Shown here: piece by piece, positions 19,670 through 32,367 of the stretch
How positions within the stretch are numbered: the first letter of the stretch is position 1
How the letters are laid out: every line of letters starts with the position of its first letter
From: an uncultured Verrucomicrobiae bacterium
GTDB lineage: Bacteria; Verrucomicrobiota; Verrucomicrobiia; Limisphaerales; Palsa-1400
Assembly (NCBI GenBank): GCA_963702845.1
Contig: OY969763.1
Location: forward strand, 3,936,001-4,000,000
Direction of reading: 5' to 3'
Length of the DNA stretch: 64,000 nt
Program-made: the position numbers and the translations under genes
Notes under the pieces: generated by a model
The model's input: the letters and a program-made list of their open reading frames with translations, nothing else
Database searches by the model: none
Told to the model about the DNA's origin: nothing

Positions 19670-20356
19670 TTAGGCGGCGACTAATTCGCGCCGCACCGGT
19701 CGCGCCTTGAGGGCTTCGTAGCGGCGGCTCAACTCTTCTTTGGCAAGAACTTCGAACCAGCCCTTGTAAGTCTTCCGTGGCGGCTTTCTTGAGTATTCCG
19801 TGAGAGAACGTTCGATCACCGTCTGTAAAATGGCATCGGCATTGATCGAATTGATTGGAACCCGACCGGCCACTTCGTCGCGGCGAATCATGTGGGTTAT
19901 ATCCGACAACAGCCTACTGCGATGTTGGGACAACATTTCCATCAGCATTTCTGGCACCGGCTGATCGGAAACGAACTCGGAAACAGCTTGAAACCAGAGC
20001 ACCTTTTTATCGTCCGATCCAGCGCGACGCTCCCGACGTCCCCAATTGGCGTCGCCGCGCAGTTCGGACTTATGCCTCTTGATCTCGCGCACCAGCGTAT
20101 CTGCCGCCCGATCGAACGCCGTCATCATATTATCGGCGTCTTTGGTTGCATTAAGCATTCGCGCTGGCAAGCGCAGGTGCAGTTTCGCGGTGTACCAGTC
20201 TTTTTTAACATTTTTTTCAAGACTGATGTCCAAATGAACCGTTCCCTGTGGAAAGTGTGATAAATGTTTTTTGATCGAATCGAGTCGAGGTCCAAATTTT
20301 AATCCGAGGTTTTCTGCGTGAATGTTTCTTGTAGTAGAATGCCACGTGTAGGTCAT
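19670..20356 (-). CDS. HPF/RaiA (ribosome hibernation) family domain with C-terminal extension
   Basis: N-terminal HPF-like pattern (LHLRLPARMLNA...MMTAFDRAADTLVREIKRHKSELR) plus about 110 extra residues. Confidence 0.7.
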   Translation of the reverse strand: MTYTWHSTTRNIHAENLGLKFGPRLDSIKKHLSHFPQGTVHLDISLEKNVKKDWYTAKLHLRLPARMLNATKDADNMMTAFDRAADTLVREIKRHKSELRGDANWGRRERRAGSDDKKVLWFQAVSEFVSDQPVPEMLMEMLSQHRSRLLSDITHMIRRDEVAGRVPINSINADAILQTVIERSLTEYSRKPPRKTYKGWFEVLAKEELSRRYEALKARPVRRELVAA

Positions 20357-20439
20357 GTTTCCTCCCTGGGTACAATATTGGCCGGAAAGCCGTTTTGGCA
20401 AAGGCTCGCAAATCACCGCAAAATCTGTAAGCTTTACCC

Positions 20440-20844
20440 GTGGGCCATCGATTGCATGTCAGCAAGCCTCCGGCGAAGCCCGTCATGATCTTCGACGGCG
20501 ATTGCGGATTTTGCCGTTTTTGGATCGACCGTTGGCAGCGCAACACTGGCGACCGCATCGAATACATTGCCAGCCAGGAAGCCGAAGTGCGTAGGCGATT
20601 CCCCGAAATCCCTCAGTCGGCATACGAAACTTCGGTCCAATACGTTGAAACCGACGGTGCCGCCTACCATGGCGCGGAAGCCGTGCTCAGATCCCGAACC
20701 GTGACTGGAAAACAATGGCTGCACTGGATTTATTACCATGCGCCGGGCGCACGGCTCATTTTCGAATTCTCCTACTCGTTCATCGCTTCGCACAGGGTCG
20801 CGATTAGCAGGCTCAATCGACTCGTCTTCGGCAAAAATCCATAG
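20440..20844 (+). CDS. DCC1-like thiol-disulfide oxidoreductase (DUF393)
   Basis: FDGDCGFC motif, GAEAV, Y-x-FIA-x-HR C-terminus. Confidence 0.85.
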   Translation: MGHRLHVSKPPAKPVMIFDGDCGFCRFWIDRWQRNTGDRIEYIASQEAEVRRRFPEIPQSAYETSVQYVETDGAAYHGAEAVLRSRTVTGKQWLHWIYYHAPGARLIFEFSYSFIASHRVAISRLNRLVFGKNP

Positions 20845-20891
20845 ACGCAATTGACTCGATACCGCTTGCCTGCGTAGCCTTGCAATGCCGT

Positions 20892-23204
20892 ATGACTAGC
20901 CCAGTTCGTTTTGCCCAATCGCTCGTGCTTGTACTGTTCACCGCAACATCCGCGAATCTTCACGCGCAAGCCACCCACATTCCGACGCTCGAAGAAGCTC
21001 AAGTCGCCAAGCGCGACGTTTGGGGCGAAGCCGCCATCGCCCAGCCAAATGGACCAAGTTACGAATTTTTCGAAAAACTCCTGCCCCCGCCGCGCTATGT
21101 CGATGCCGAATTCAAATACTATCCGATTCCGCTGAGCGCGCCGAACGCGCCGGTGAAAGCGCATCTCATTTCCAACGGCAGCGGCATCAACCTCTGGGGC
21201 ATTGCGCACAATTGGAAAGAACATCCGGCCGCATTTCATTTCCGCTTGGGCCCCGATCAATACGAGTTCGGCGGCCAACTCAGCCGCCTGCAAGAACCCA
21301 CGCTTGCTGAAGGTTACTTGCCGATTGTTGAAATTCGCTACCAGCACCCCAGCCCAACCGACAACGAAGCATGGCTCCCACTGAACCAAAAAACCAACGC
21401 CAACATCCCCCCAGAAATTTACAAACTCGAAGCCTTCGCTCCCACCGACAAGGCGTCCGCCGAATACGGCATTGCGTTCGTCAAATTCTCACTCGCGCAG
21501 GGAAACAACGGTTATGTCACCGTCGTTACCGATGCGCGCAGCCAACTCAAAGTAAAAGACGGCGTTCTCACCAACGACAAAGGTCAGATCCTCGCCTGGT
21601 TCGACAAGCACTGGAAATGCTCCGCCAATCGCGCCGAAGCAAAATTCGGCGGCAAAACAGTCGTCACACTCGCCGTCGCCAGCAAACCGGTAGAAGGAAA
21701 GTTCGACCTGCAAATGTCCGCCGAGCGCTACGCCAAAGACCGCGAAACATGCGCACAAACCTGGCGCGACATTCTCGGCCAGGGCATGAAAGTCGAAACG
21801 CCCGAACCGGTCGTCAATAACGCCTGGCGCCATTTGCTCGTGCAAAACTTCGAACTCATCAACGAGGACAAAATCAAATACAGCACCGGCAATTCCTACG
21901 ACGGCTTGTATGAAGCCGAAGGCAGCGATGCCGCACTCGCCATGATGGTTTGGGGCTACGAGCAGGACGCAAAACGCTTGATGGGCCCGCTCTTCGACTT
22001 TACCCGCAAAGGCCTCGAATATCACCAGGCCGGTTTCAAGCTAAATGACATCTGCCGCTATTACTGGCAAACACGTGACGCATCGATCTTCAAAGATTAT
22101 GAATCGCGCTGGCGCAAAGAAGCCGACCGCCTCGACAAACACCGCACCGGCGCGCACGGTCTCTTTCCCGAAGAACAATATTGCGGCGACGTTCACACCC
22201 GCTGCCAAAGCCTCAACGTAAACTCCAAGGCGTGGCGCGGCATGCGCGACCTCGGCGCGACCCTGCAGGAAATCGGCAATTCTGAAGGCGAGCACTACAT
22301 TCAGGTCGCCAACGAGTTCCGCCCGAAAGTTTTGGAAGCCGTTCGCGCCAGCGCCATTCATTCGACCACGCCGCCCTTTGTGCCGATGGCCCTCTTCACC
22401 AACGAAGGCCCGCACGACCCCATCACCCTTGTGCGCATTGGTGGTTATTGGAACATCATAATCGGCTACACCATTGCCAGCGGCGTGTTCCCGGTGGGCA
22501 GTGAAGAAGAAAACTGGATTCCAAATTATCAGGAAAATTACGGCGGTCTCGTCATGGGTATGATTCGCGCCGGTGGTCCCGTGGTGCGTTGGTGGAATTC
22601 CAGTTTCAAAGTCAACCCGCTCTATGGAACCCGCTACGCTCTCGACACCTTGCGCCGCGATGACGTCGATCGCGCGCTCGTTTGCTTCTACGGAATGCTC
22701 GGACAAGGCTTCACCCGCAACACGTTCGAATCCGGCGAAGTCCAATGCCTAACGCCACTCGACGAAGGCGGGCGCTTATTGTCACTGCCTCCGAACAGCG
22801 CCGCCAATTCCCACCTCCTCTCGATGCTCCGTTACATGCTCGTGCAGGATTACGACAACACCGACGACGGCAAGCCCGACACCTTGCGCCTTTGCTTCGC
22901 CACGCCGAAACGCTGGATGGAAGACGGCAAGACTTTGAACATCGAACGCGCACCGACAACGTTCGGCCCCGTTGCAATCAAAATGGAATCGCACATCGCG
23001 CAAGGAAACGTCACCGCAGAAGTCACGTTGCCCGAACGAAATGCGCCGGACAAAATCCTGATGCGCGCGCGTGTCCCAGATGGTTTCAAAACCGTTTCTG
23101 CGGAAGTCGAAGGCAAAACCTTCAAAGCCGATGACAAAGGCACCGTCGACCTCACCGGCCTTAAAGGCAAACATACCATCCATTTCGCCGTCGAAAAAAT
23201 TTAA
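20892..23204 (+). CDS. Secreted protein of unknown function, putative (alpha/alpha)6-barrel glycoside-processing enzyme, paralog 1
   Basis: Signal peptide; helical aromatic/acidic core; C-terminal LRLCFATPKRW...APTTFGPV beta-domain resembling six-hairpin glycosidase-like proteins. Confidence 0.6.
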   Translation: MTSPVRFAQSLVLVLFTATSANLHAQATHIPTLEEAQVAKRDVWGEAAIAQPNGPSYEFFEKLLPPPRYVDAEFKYYPIPLSAPNAPVKAHLISNGSGINLWGIAHNWKEHPAAFHFRLGPDQYEFGGQLSRLQEPTLAEGYLPIVEIRYQHPSPTDNEAWLPLNQKTNANIPPEIYKLEAFAPTDKASAEYGIAFVKFSLAQGNNGYVTVVTDARSQLKVKDGVLTNDKGQILAWFDKHWKCSANRAEAKFGGKTVVTLAVASKPVEGKFDLQMSAERYAKDRETCAQTWRDILGQGMKVETPEPVVNNAWRHLLVQNFELINEDKIKYSTGNSYDGLYEAEGSDAALAMMVWGYEQDAKRLMGPLFDFTRKGLEYHQAGFKLNDICRYYWQTRDASIFKDYESRWRKEADRLDKHRTGAHGLFPEEQYCGDVHTRCQSLNVNSKAWRGMRDLGATLQEIGNSEGEHYIQVANEFRPKVLEAVRASAIHSTTPPFVPMALFTNEGPHDPITLVRIGGYWNIIIGYTIASGVFPVGSEEENWIPNYQENYGGLVMGMIRAGGPVVRWWNSSFKVNPLYGTRYALDTLRRDDVDRALVCFYGMLGQGFTRNTFESGEVQCLTPLDEGGRLLSLPPNSAANSHLLSMLRYMLVQDYDNTDDGKPDTLRLCFATPKRWMEDGKTLNIERAPTTFGPVAIKMESHIAQGNVTAEVTLPERNAPDKILMRARVPDGFKTVSAEVEGKTFKADDKGTVDLTGLKGKHTIHFAVEKI

Positions 23205-23205
23205 T

Positions 23206-25517
23206 ATGATCGTCCGCGTTCTTGCTGTTCTCGCGGCCGCTGTGGTTTCGAGCACAGCGGAACCGCTGCTTTCATTCGAAAAAGCCGTCCTCTCCAGCCG
23301 CGACGAATGGGGAGTCGCCGCGATGCAACAAACCAACGGCGCGAGCTACGAATTTTTCGAAGACCTGCTGCCGCCTCCGCGATATGTAAACGCCGACTTC
23401 CGGTTCTATCCCATCGTGCTCAGCGCACCGCACGCCCGCGTAAAAGCACGACTGATTTCCAATGGCAGCGGAGTCAATCTGCGCGGCGGCTCGCGCGGTT
23501 GGAATGATCCCGGAACGCCGATCACCTTCCGCGTTGGTCCCGACGAATTGAGGTTCGGCGACATTTTGAATCGTCTCCATCAGCCCACGCTCGCCGACGG
23601 TTACCTTCCGATTGTCGAGATTCGTTACGAACATGGAGTCGAAGCAAGCAAGTATCTACCAAAGCCGGGTACAGCCCCAGCAGCAGGGCATCAGCAGGCC
23701 GGCTTCGAACACATGTCGAACGTTTACAGTCTGGAAGCCTTCGCGAGCACAGATGCCGAATTAGCAAGCAACGGCGTCGTCTTTGCAAAATTCTCACTCG
23801 CCAGCGGCAGCAACGGAATCATCACCGTTCACGCTGAGACGCGACCGAATAAATTTACAAACGGCTTCATCGTTGATGCGGATGGCCAGGGCTTGGTCTG
23901 GCTGGAGAAAACCTGGGACATGGCGCGCGGCACAGCCCACGCGAGGATCGGCACAAACAAATTCGCCATCATCGCGATCGCCACAAAACCGTTTCCTGCC
24001 GCCCAACTCAAAACCCTAATCGCCAGCGGCAAATTCAACTACGACGCGCAGCGAAAGCAATGCAGGGACACATGGAACAAGTTGCTGACGCGCGGCATGA
24101 ACGCCGAAGTTCCCGAACCCGTCGTGAACAACGCCTGGCGCAATCTCATCATTCAGGACATCTCGATCATTCTCGATGACAAGATGAATTACAGCGCGGG
24201 CAATCAATATCAAAAAATGTACGCAGCCGAGAGCACCGACGCCGCATTGCCTTTGCTGGCGTGGGGACAGGAAGAGGAGATGCGTCACGTGTTTGATGGA
24301 ATAATGAACGTCAAAGATGACCGCCTGCCGCACCATTTCGCCGGTCATAAATTGACCGATGTCATTCGTTATTATTGGCAGACGCGCGATTTGGCGTTCA
24401 TCAAAGGAAAAGCGGCCGGTCTGGCAAAAATATCTCGATTCCATTCTCAATGGCCGCACCGGTGAACACGGTTTGCTGCCGAAAGAAAACTACTGCACTG
24501 ATATCGAAGAGCCATGCTACTCGTTTACCGCCAACGCAACTTGTTGGTCGGCCGTGCGCGATATGGTTCCCGTGCTCGAGGACCTCGGCGACAAACAGGA
24601 GGCCGCGAAGGTCGCGGCGTTTGCTGCGGATTTTAAGCAGAAGATTCTCGCCGCAGTCGAAGAGAACCTGCATCGCGAAACAGCTCCCCCATTCATTCCA
24701 ATGGGATTGTATTCTCCTGAACAAACACACGATCCCATCTACAACACGCGCATTGGCGGATATTGGGATTTGATTTCGGGTTATATCCTCGACTCCCGTA
24801 TTTTTGCTGGCACCGAAAAAGAAACATGGCTGCCGACCTACTATCAAGAGCATGGCGGATTGTTCATGGGACTGACACGCTCAGGCACACCTGATCATAC
24901 GTTTTGGACCGGACAACATCGCACGAATCCGCTCTACGGCATGCGCTACATCGTAGATTGTTTGCGCCGTGACGACGTTGAACGCGCGTTGGTCAGCTTC
25001 TACGGAATGCTCGCGCATGGCATGACTCGCAACACGTTCATCGGTGCGGAAGGTTGTTCGATTCAACCGCTCGATGAAGGTGGCCGATTCTTTTATTGCC
25101 CGCCGAATACTTCGGCCAACGGACAATGGATTGCAGTCCTCCGCAACATCCTCGTCCAAGACTGGGACGTGGATGAAGACGGCCGGCCTGACACTTTGCG
25201 CCTCGCCTTCGGCACACAGAAGCGTTGGCTCGAAGATGGCAAGACCATCAAAGTTGAGAGCGCGCCAACGGCATTTGGTCCGGTGTCCTACCAAATCGAA
25301 TCACACCTCAGCAACGGACACATCCTGGCGAACGTCGAACTGCCCACTCGCAACAAAGCGAATCAGATTCTGCTTCGCGTGCGGGTGCCAGATGGCTGGC
25401 GCGTCACGAACGCCAGTGTCGACAATCGAGGCCTTACCCGTTGATGAAAAAGGTTCGGTCAATTTGACGAGCTTGCAAGGCAAGCTCGCGATCAACTTCG
25501 ATGTAAGCCGTAACTGA
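23206..25517 (+). CDS. Paralog 2 of the preceding secreted protein (frameshifts near 24410 and 25430)
   Basis: Collinear similarity to 20892-23204 ([48 protein letters not shown]) across three ORF fragments; ATG 1 bp after the paralog 1 stop. Confidence 0.7.
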
Positions 25518-28367
<2,850 letters not shown>

Positions 28368-28387
28368 AAAATCGTTCAAATGAATGA

Positions 28388-28415
28388 AAATTAGGGCTCA
28401 ACAAAGCTGTGTCAA
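28388..28415 (-). promoter_or_regulatory. Candidate sigma70 promoter for acnA (TTGACA-N16-TAATTT) overlapped by a palindrome
   Basis: Minus-strand TTGACA (28415-28410) and TAATTT (28393-28388), 20 bp before the ATG. The -35 lies inside the palindrome GCTGTGTC-AA-GACACAGC. Confidence 0.45.
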
Positions 28416-28462
28416 GACACAGCGGGCCTTGAGCGACTCAGCTCAGGGCCAAATTTGAGCCC
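28394..28462. other. Three-way-junction inverted-repeat structure upstream of acnA
   Basis: P1 GGGCTCAA/TTGAGCCC, P2 GCTGTGTC/GACACAGC, P3 GGCCTTGAGC/GCTCAGGGCC, all read directly from the sequence. Confidence 0.65.
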
Positions 28463-28490
28463 AGTCAAAAATTTATTTTTTTAAAGGTTT

Positions 28491-28550
28491 CGGTTTACTT
28501 CGGTTTACTTCGGTTTACTTCGGTTTGGCTCGGTTAGGTGCGGTTTCACC
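28491..28550. repeat. 10-bp tandem repeat CGGTTTACTT (3 perfect + 3 degenerate copies)
   Basis: cggtttactt x3, cggtttggct, cggttaggtg, cggtttcacc. Confidence 0.9.
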
Positions 28551-28630
28551 GAGGCTGCGCCGAGCCTTCACGCAGGTTGCCGCCGTTTAACCACCAAGAT
28601 CAAGACACCAAAGAACTTCACGGAATGTTC

Positions 28631-28690
28631 TAATGCTACAATCAGCTACAAGTAGCTACTATCAGCAACAACGTTGCAACCGTAGCAACT
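28631..28690. repeat. Degenerate ~10-bp periodic array with GCWAC core
   Basis: taatgctaca atcagctaca agtagctact atcagcaaca acgttgcaac cgtagcaact. Confidence 0.7.
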
Positions 28691-29050
28691 TTCCCCAATC
28701 ATGAAAAGCGGCCCTGCGCCCCAGAAACTCCTCCGATTTTGCGAAGTCTTACGGAATTTTGTGGAAGGATGCGGCGGTTTGGTGCGAAAACATGGCGTTT
28801 TTGGTGTCTTCCGTGCGCGTATGTGTCTCATCCACAGAGGTCGACGCACGAAATGAGCTCTTTTTTTAAGGGGTAGGTGTTTTTAACCGAAACCGGAACG
28901 TCCGGCTCGCATACCCGCAACTCTCCGAAACCGCGTTCAATCCACAGGGCGCCTATCCTACCCGGAGGCGGATTTAGTCGCGATTGGTCGTAAGCTGTCC
29001 TGATTCGTCACGATTGGTGACAAGTCAGGACAACTGACATTGGCATGCAA

Positions 29051-29063
29051 ATTTTCAAAGAAC
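29051..29063 (-). promoter_or_regulatory. boxA-like antitermination sequence
   Basis: Minus strand GTTCTTTGAAAAT resembles rRNA-leader boxA; followed on the same strand by a 19-bp hairpin (29035-28993). Confidence 0.45.
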
Positions 29064-29423
29064 GACTCGCTTTCGGATCAACCTACGGCTCGATTAACGA
29101 CGGAATTTGGATCCATTTTTTTAAAATGGATGCAAGCTCCATGTGGCCGAATTTCGGCAACGGCATATGTGTTAACATGTAGCTACGGTATCGGCAATGA
29201 TAAAGTTGTTGGTGGTCAAACATGTTTAACGACCAGCCGCCCAAGGAGAGGAGTAGTTGCGATTGAGGCAACCCATGCGGTCACGGTGCGCCGCAGTCTG
29301 TGTCAGTTGTGCGGAAAAAAGATGCTGCCGCGAGTTGCTCAAAATCAGGTTGAAAAAGCGCACGGCTGGGCAAACATAATAAGACCCCGCACGAAATGAC
29401 TTGGAGGCACGGGCAACTGCCCT

Positions 29424-30560
29424 ATGGCGGGAACAATTGTCAATTTTGCGATAGAGCAACCATCTGCCGATGAGCTTCTCATTCATCTGTCAGACAGCGG
29501 GCGTGACCGCACTGCGACGCCTTGCTTGTCGAAAAGCTATGACGCGCTGCGAAAGCACCCTCACGTCAAATCACTTTTCTTCGAGTCTTCCAAGCTAACG
29601 TCGTGGGATTCACGGTTGGTGGCATTTCTGCGGACGTGCCACGAATTCTGCGAATCGCGCAACATCCAATTTCATGATGAAGGATTGCCCCAAGGGATTC
29701 GCCGATTGCTGCGATTGGCCCAAATCCTTCCGGAGCGCGCCTGTTCGCACCAAGCCGTCGCCAGAGCAATATTTCTGCACCGATTAGGCGAACGCACAAT
29801 CAAACGCTGGCACAGCATCGTCGAGACGTTCACGTTCCTCGGTGAAAATCTGGTTGCTCTCGGCAACCTCGCGCGTGGGCGCGGTCAATTCCGTTGGTCG
29901 GACGCATTTCTGGTGATCGACGAATGTGGGCCGCAAGCGCTGGGAATAGTCGCGTTGATCAACTTCATGGTCGGAATGATTCTCGCCTTTGTCGGCGCAC
30001 ACGAACTGAACAAGTTTGGCGCATCGGCTTACATTTCCGATCTGGTTGGAGTCGCCACCGTCCGCGAAATGGGCTGTCTGATGACCGGCATAATTGTATG
30101 CGGTCGCACTGGCGCTGCCTTCGCCGCCCAACTGGGGACGATGAAGGTCAACGGCGAGATCAACGCCCTGAAAACCTTCGGTATCTCACCGATTGAGTTT
30201 CTCGTCCTGCCGCGAATGATTGCGCTCATCATCGCGATGCCGTTCCTCTGTGCGTTCGCGGATTTCATCAGCATCGCAGGCGGGCTCTTCGTCGCCTCGA
30301 GCATGCTGGATACGACGGTCAAAGAATATCTCGTTCAGACCGTTCAGGTGATTGCTTTGAAAGATTTCCTCCTCGGTATCTTCAAAGGTTCATTTTTTGG
30401 TTTTCTCATCGCATACACCGGCTGCCTTCGCGGCATGCAATCAGGCTCCAGCGCCGCAGCCGTCGGTGAAGCAACAACCAGCGCGGTCGTTACTGGAATT
30501 ACCGCCATCATCGCCGCCGACGGTATTTTCGCCGTTCTCACCTATTTCCTACAAATCTGA
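29424..30560 (+). CDS. mlaE: MlaE-family ABC permease with N-terminal STAS-like domain
   Basis: REMGCLMTGIIVCGRTGAAFAAQLGTMKVNGEINAL, LVLPR, VGEATTSAVV. Confidence 0.9.
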   Translation: MAGTIVNFAIEQPSADELLIHLSDSGRDRTATPCLSKSYDALRKHPHVKSLFFESSKLTSWDSRLVAFLRTCHEFCESRNIQFHDEGLPQGIRRLLRLAQILPERACSHQAVARAIFLHRLGERTIKRWHSIVETFTFLGENLVALGNLARGRGQFRWSDAFLVIDECGPQALGIVALINFMVGMILAFVGAHELNKFGASAYISDLVGVATVREMGCLMTGIIVCGRTGAAFAAQLGTMKVNGEINALKTFGISPIEFLVLPRMIALIIAMPFLCAFADFISIAGGLFVASSMLDTTVKEYLVQTVQVIALKDFLLGIFKGSFFGFLIAYTGCLRGMQSGSSAAAVGEATTSAVVTGITAIIAADGIFAVLTYFLQI

Positions 30561-30566
30561 AGCCAC

Positions 30567-31352
30567 ATGAACGATGACGTCAAAATTGAGATCCGCGACC
30601 TGACGATGGCCTACGGCTCGTATGTCGTCATGCGCGATCTCAATGCGCAAATAAAACGCGGCACCGTCTTCGTCGTCATGGGCGGCAGCGGTTCGGGTAA
30701 AAGCACGCTGCTCAAGCACATGATCGGCCTGCAGCGCCCCGTCAAAGGTGATGTTCTCTACGACGGCAAAAGTTTCTGGAACACGGACGACGACGAGCGC
30801 CGCATTCAATTGCGAAAATGCGGTGTGCTCTTTCAGAATGGCGCGCTGTGGAGTTCGATGACACTCGCCGAAAACGTCGCCTTGCCCCTCCAGGAATACA
30901 CCGACTGGTGCAAGGCCGACGTCGAAGACATCGTTCGCCTGAAACTCTCATTGGTCGGTTTGAGCGGATTTGAAGATTATTATCCGGCCGAAATCTCTGG
31001 TGGCATGCAAACACGCGCCGCCCTCGCCCGTGCCATGGCTCTGGACCCGGAAATTCTTTTCTTCGACGAACCCTCTGCCGGACTGGACCCGATCACTGCG
31101 CGAAACCTTGATGAACTGATTCTGCAACTACGCGACAGCCTCGGCGCAACCATCGTCGTTGTCACCCACGAACTGGCCAGCATCTTCATGATCGCTGACG
31201 ATTCCATTTTTCTGGATGCCGACACCAAAACCGTCGGGGCACAAGGCAATCCAAGGGACCTGGTCAAACATTCACCAGATCCAAAAGTCCGAGCGTTCCT
31301 GACGCGCGGCGAAAGTTCCGAACAGCCGACGAACACTGCCGCCGCGATATGA
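30567..31352 (+). CDS. mlaF: MlaF-family ABC ATP-binding protein
   Basis: GGSGSGKS, LFQNGAL, ISGGM, FFDEPSAGLDPI, VVTHEL. Confidence 0.9.
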   Translation: MNDDVKIEIRDLTMAYGSYVVMRDLNAQIKRGTVFVVMGGSGSGKSTLLKHMIGLQRPVKGDVLYDGKSFWNTDDDERRIQLRKCGVLFQNGALWSSMTLAENVALPLQEYTDWCKADVEDIVRLKLSLVGLSGFEDYYPAEISGGMQTRAALARAMALDPEILFFDEPSAGLDPITARNLDELILQLRDSLGATIVVVTHELASIFMIADDSIFLDADTKTVGAQGNPRDLVKHSPDPKVRAFLTRGESSEQPTNTAAAI

Positions 31353-31380
31353 AACGCACAGCAACAATTCAAGGTCACGT

Positions 31381-32367
31381 ATGAGCAAGAAAGCAAATCC
31401 CACTTCTATCGGTTTGTTTTTCGCGGTGGGCGTCGCGCTGGGTCTCGCTGGCCTGCTCCTCTTCAGCTCGCGCAGTTTTTTCCACCCACAACAAAAGACC
31501 ATCATCTATTTCGATTCGTCGCTAAAGGGTTTGAATCCGGGAGCTCCGGTTAAATACCGCGGCGTCACTATCGGTTCTGTGTTCCAAATCTTTATTCGTC
31601 ACAATCAATCGCCAGCCGACTTTTCTATGCCGGTACTCATCAAAATTGATAAGACGCTGGCACAATCCAAGTCCGATGAAGCCCTTCAGATCGGAGACCC
31701 CGAGAATCTCAAGCGTCGTATCGAACACGGCATGCGCGCGAGACTCGACAGCGAAAGCCTCGTCACCGGCATCCTTTACGTTGACATCGAAGTTATCTCC
31801 AACGCGCCACCACCGGTCTTCCATCAACTCACGCCGGAGTACCACGAAATCCCATCCGTCCCGAGTGACGCTCAAAAACTTTTGGCCGAGCTCAGCCACA
31901 TGGATGTCAGTGGCCTTTCCAAAAAACTTAGCCATCTTCTCGCCCATCTCGACGACAGTCTTGGCGAGTTAGATGTCGCCAGTATAAACGAAGGCGTGAC
32001 AAACTTGCTCTTATCCGCGAATCGTTTCGTCACGGATTCGAACCTAACCAACGCCGTCGCATCACTGCGGGACACCTTGGACCAGGCAAAAACGTTGGTT
32101 AAACGCATCGATGGTCGCGTCGATCCATTGGCCAACAGCGCCAACGACACCCTCGCCGAACTGCGCAAAACTCTTGGGCACCTGCGCGTCGGCCTGCAGA
32201 ATGTATCCAACCTGATCGGATCGGATTCCACATTGGGTCCTGAATTGACCAAGGCCTTACAGGACCTCGGTGCTGCCAGCCGCTCGATTACTGACCTTGC
32301 AGATTTTCTGCAACGCCATCCGAACTCATTGTTGACCGGCAGAAAAATAACAAAGGAGCAGCCATGA
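31381..32367 (+). CDS. mlaD: MlaD/MCE family protein with helical C-terminus
   Basis: N-terminal TM, SLKGLNPGAPVKYRGVTIGSV MCE motif, C-terminal LQRHPNSLLTG. Confidence 0.88.
   Translation: MSKKANPTSIGLFFAVGVALGLAGLLLFSSRSFFHPQQKTIIYFDSSLKGLNPGAPVKYRGVTIGSVFQIFIRHNQSPADFSMPVLIKIDKTLAQSKSDEALQIGDPENLKRRIEHGMRARLDSESLVTGILYVDIEVISNAPPPVFHQLTPEYHEIPSVPSDAQKLLAELSHMDVSGLSKKLSHLLAHLDDSLGELDVASINEGVTNLLLSANRFVTDSNLTNAVASLRDTLDQAKTLVKRIDGRVDPLANSANDTLAELRKTLGHLRVGLQNVSNLIGSDSTLGPELTKALQDLGAASRSITDLADFLQRHPNSLLTGRKITKEQP

Noticed and set aside
28491..28690. Possible CRISPR array
   Set aside because: Units are 10-bp tandem repeats without unique spacers, and there are no cas genes in the window.
29040..29056. 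Sigma54 promoter (TGGCATGCAAATTTTC)
   Set aside because: The -24 element fits but the -12 GC is absent; the site overlaps the boxA-like motif on the other strand.
29040..29399. 119-aa ORF upstream of mlaE
   Set aside because: TTG start, atypical composition and no recognisable motifs.
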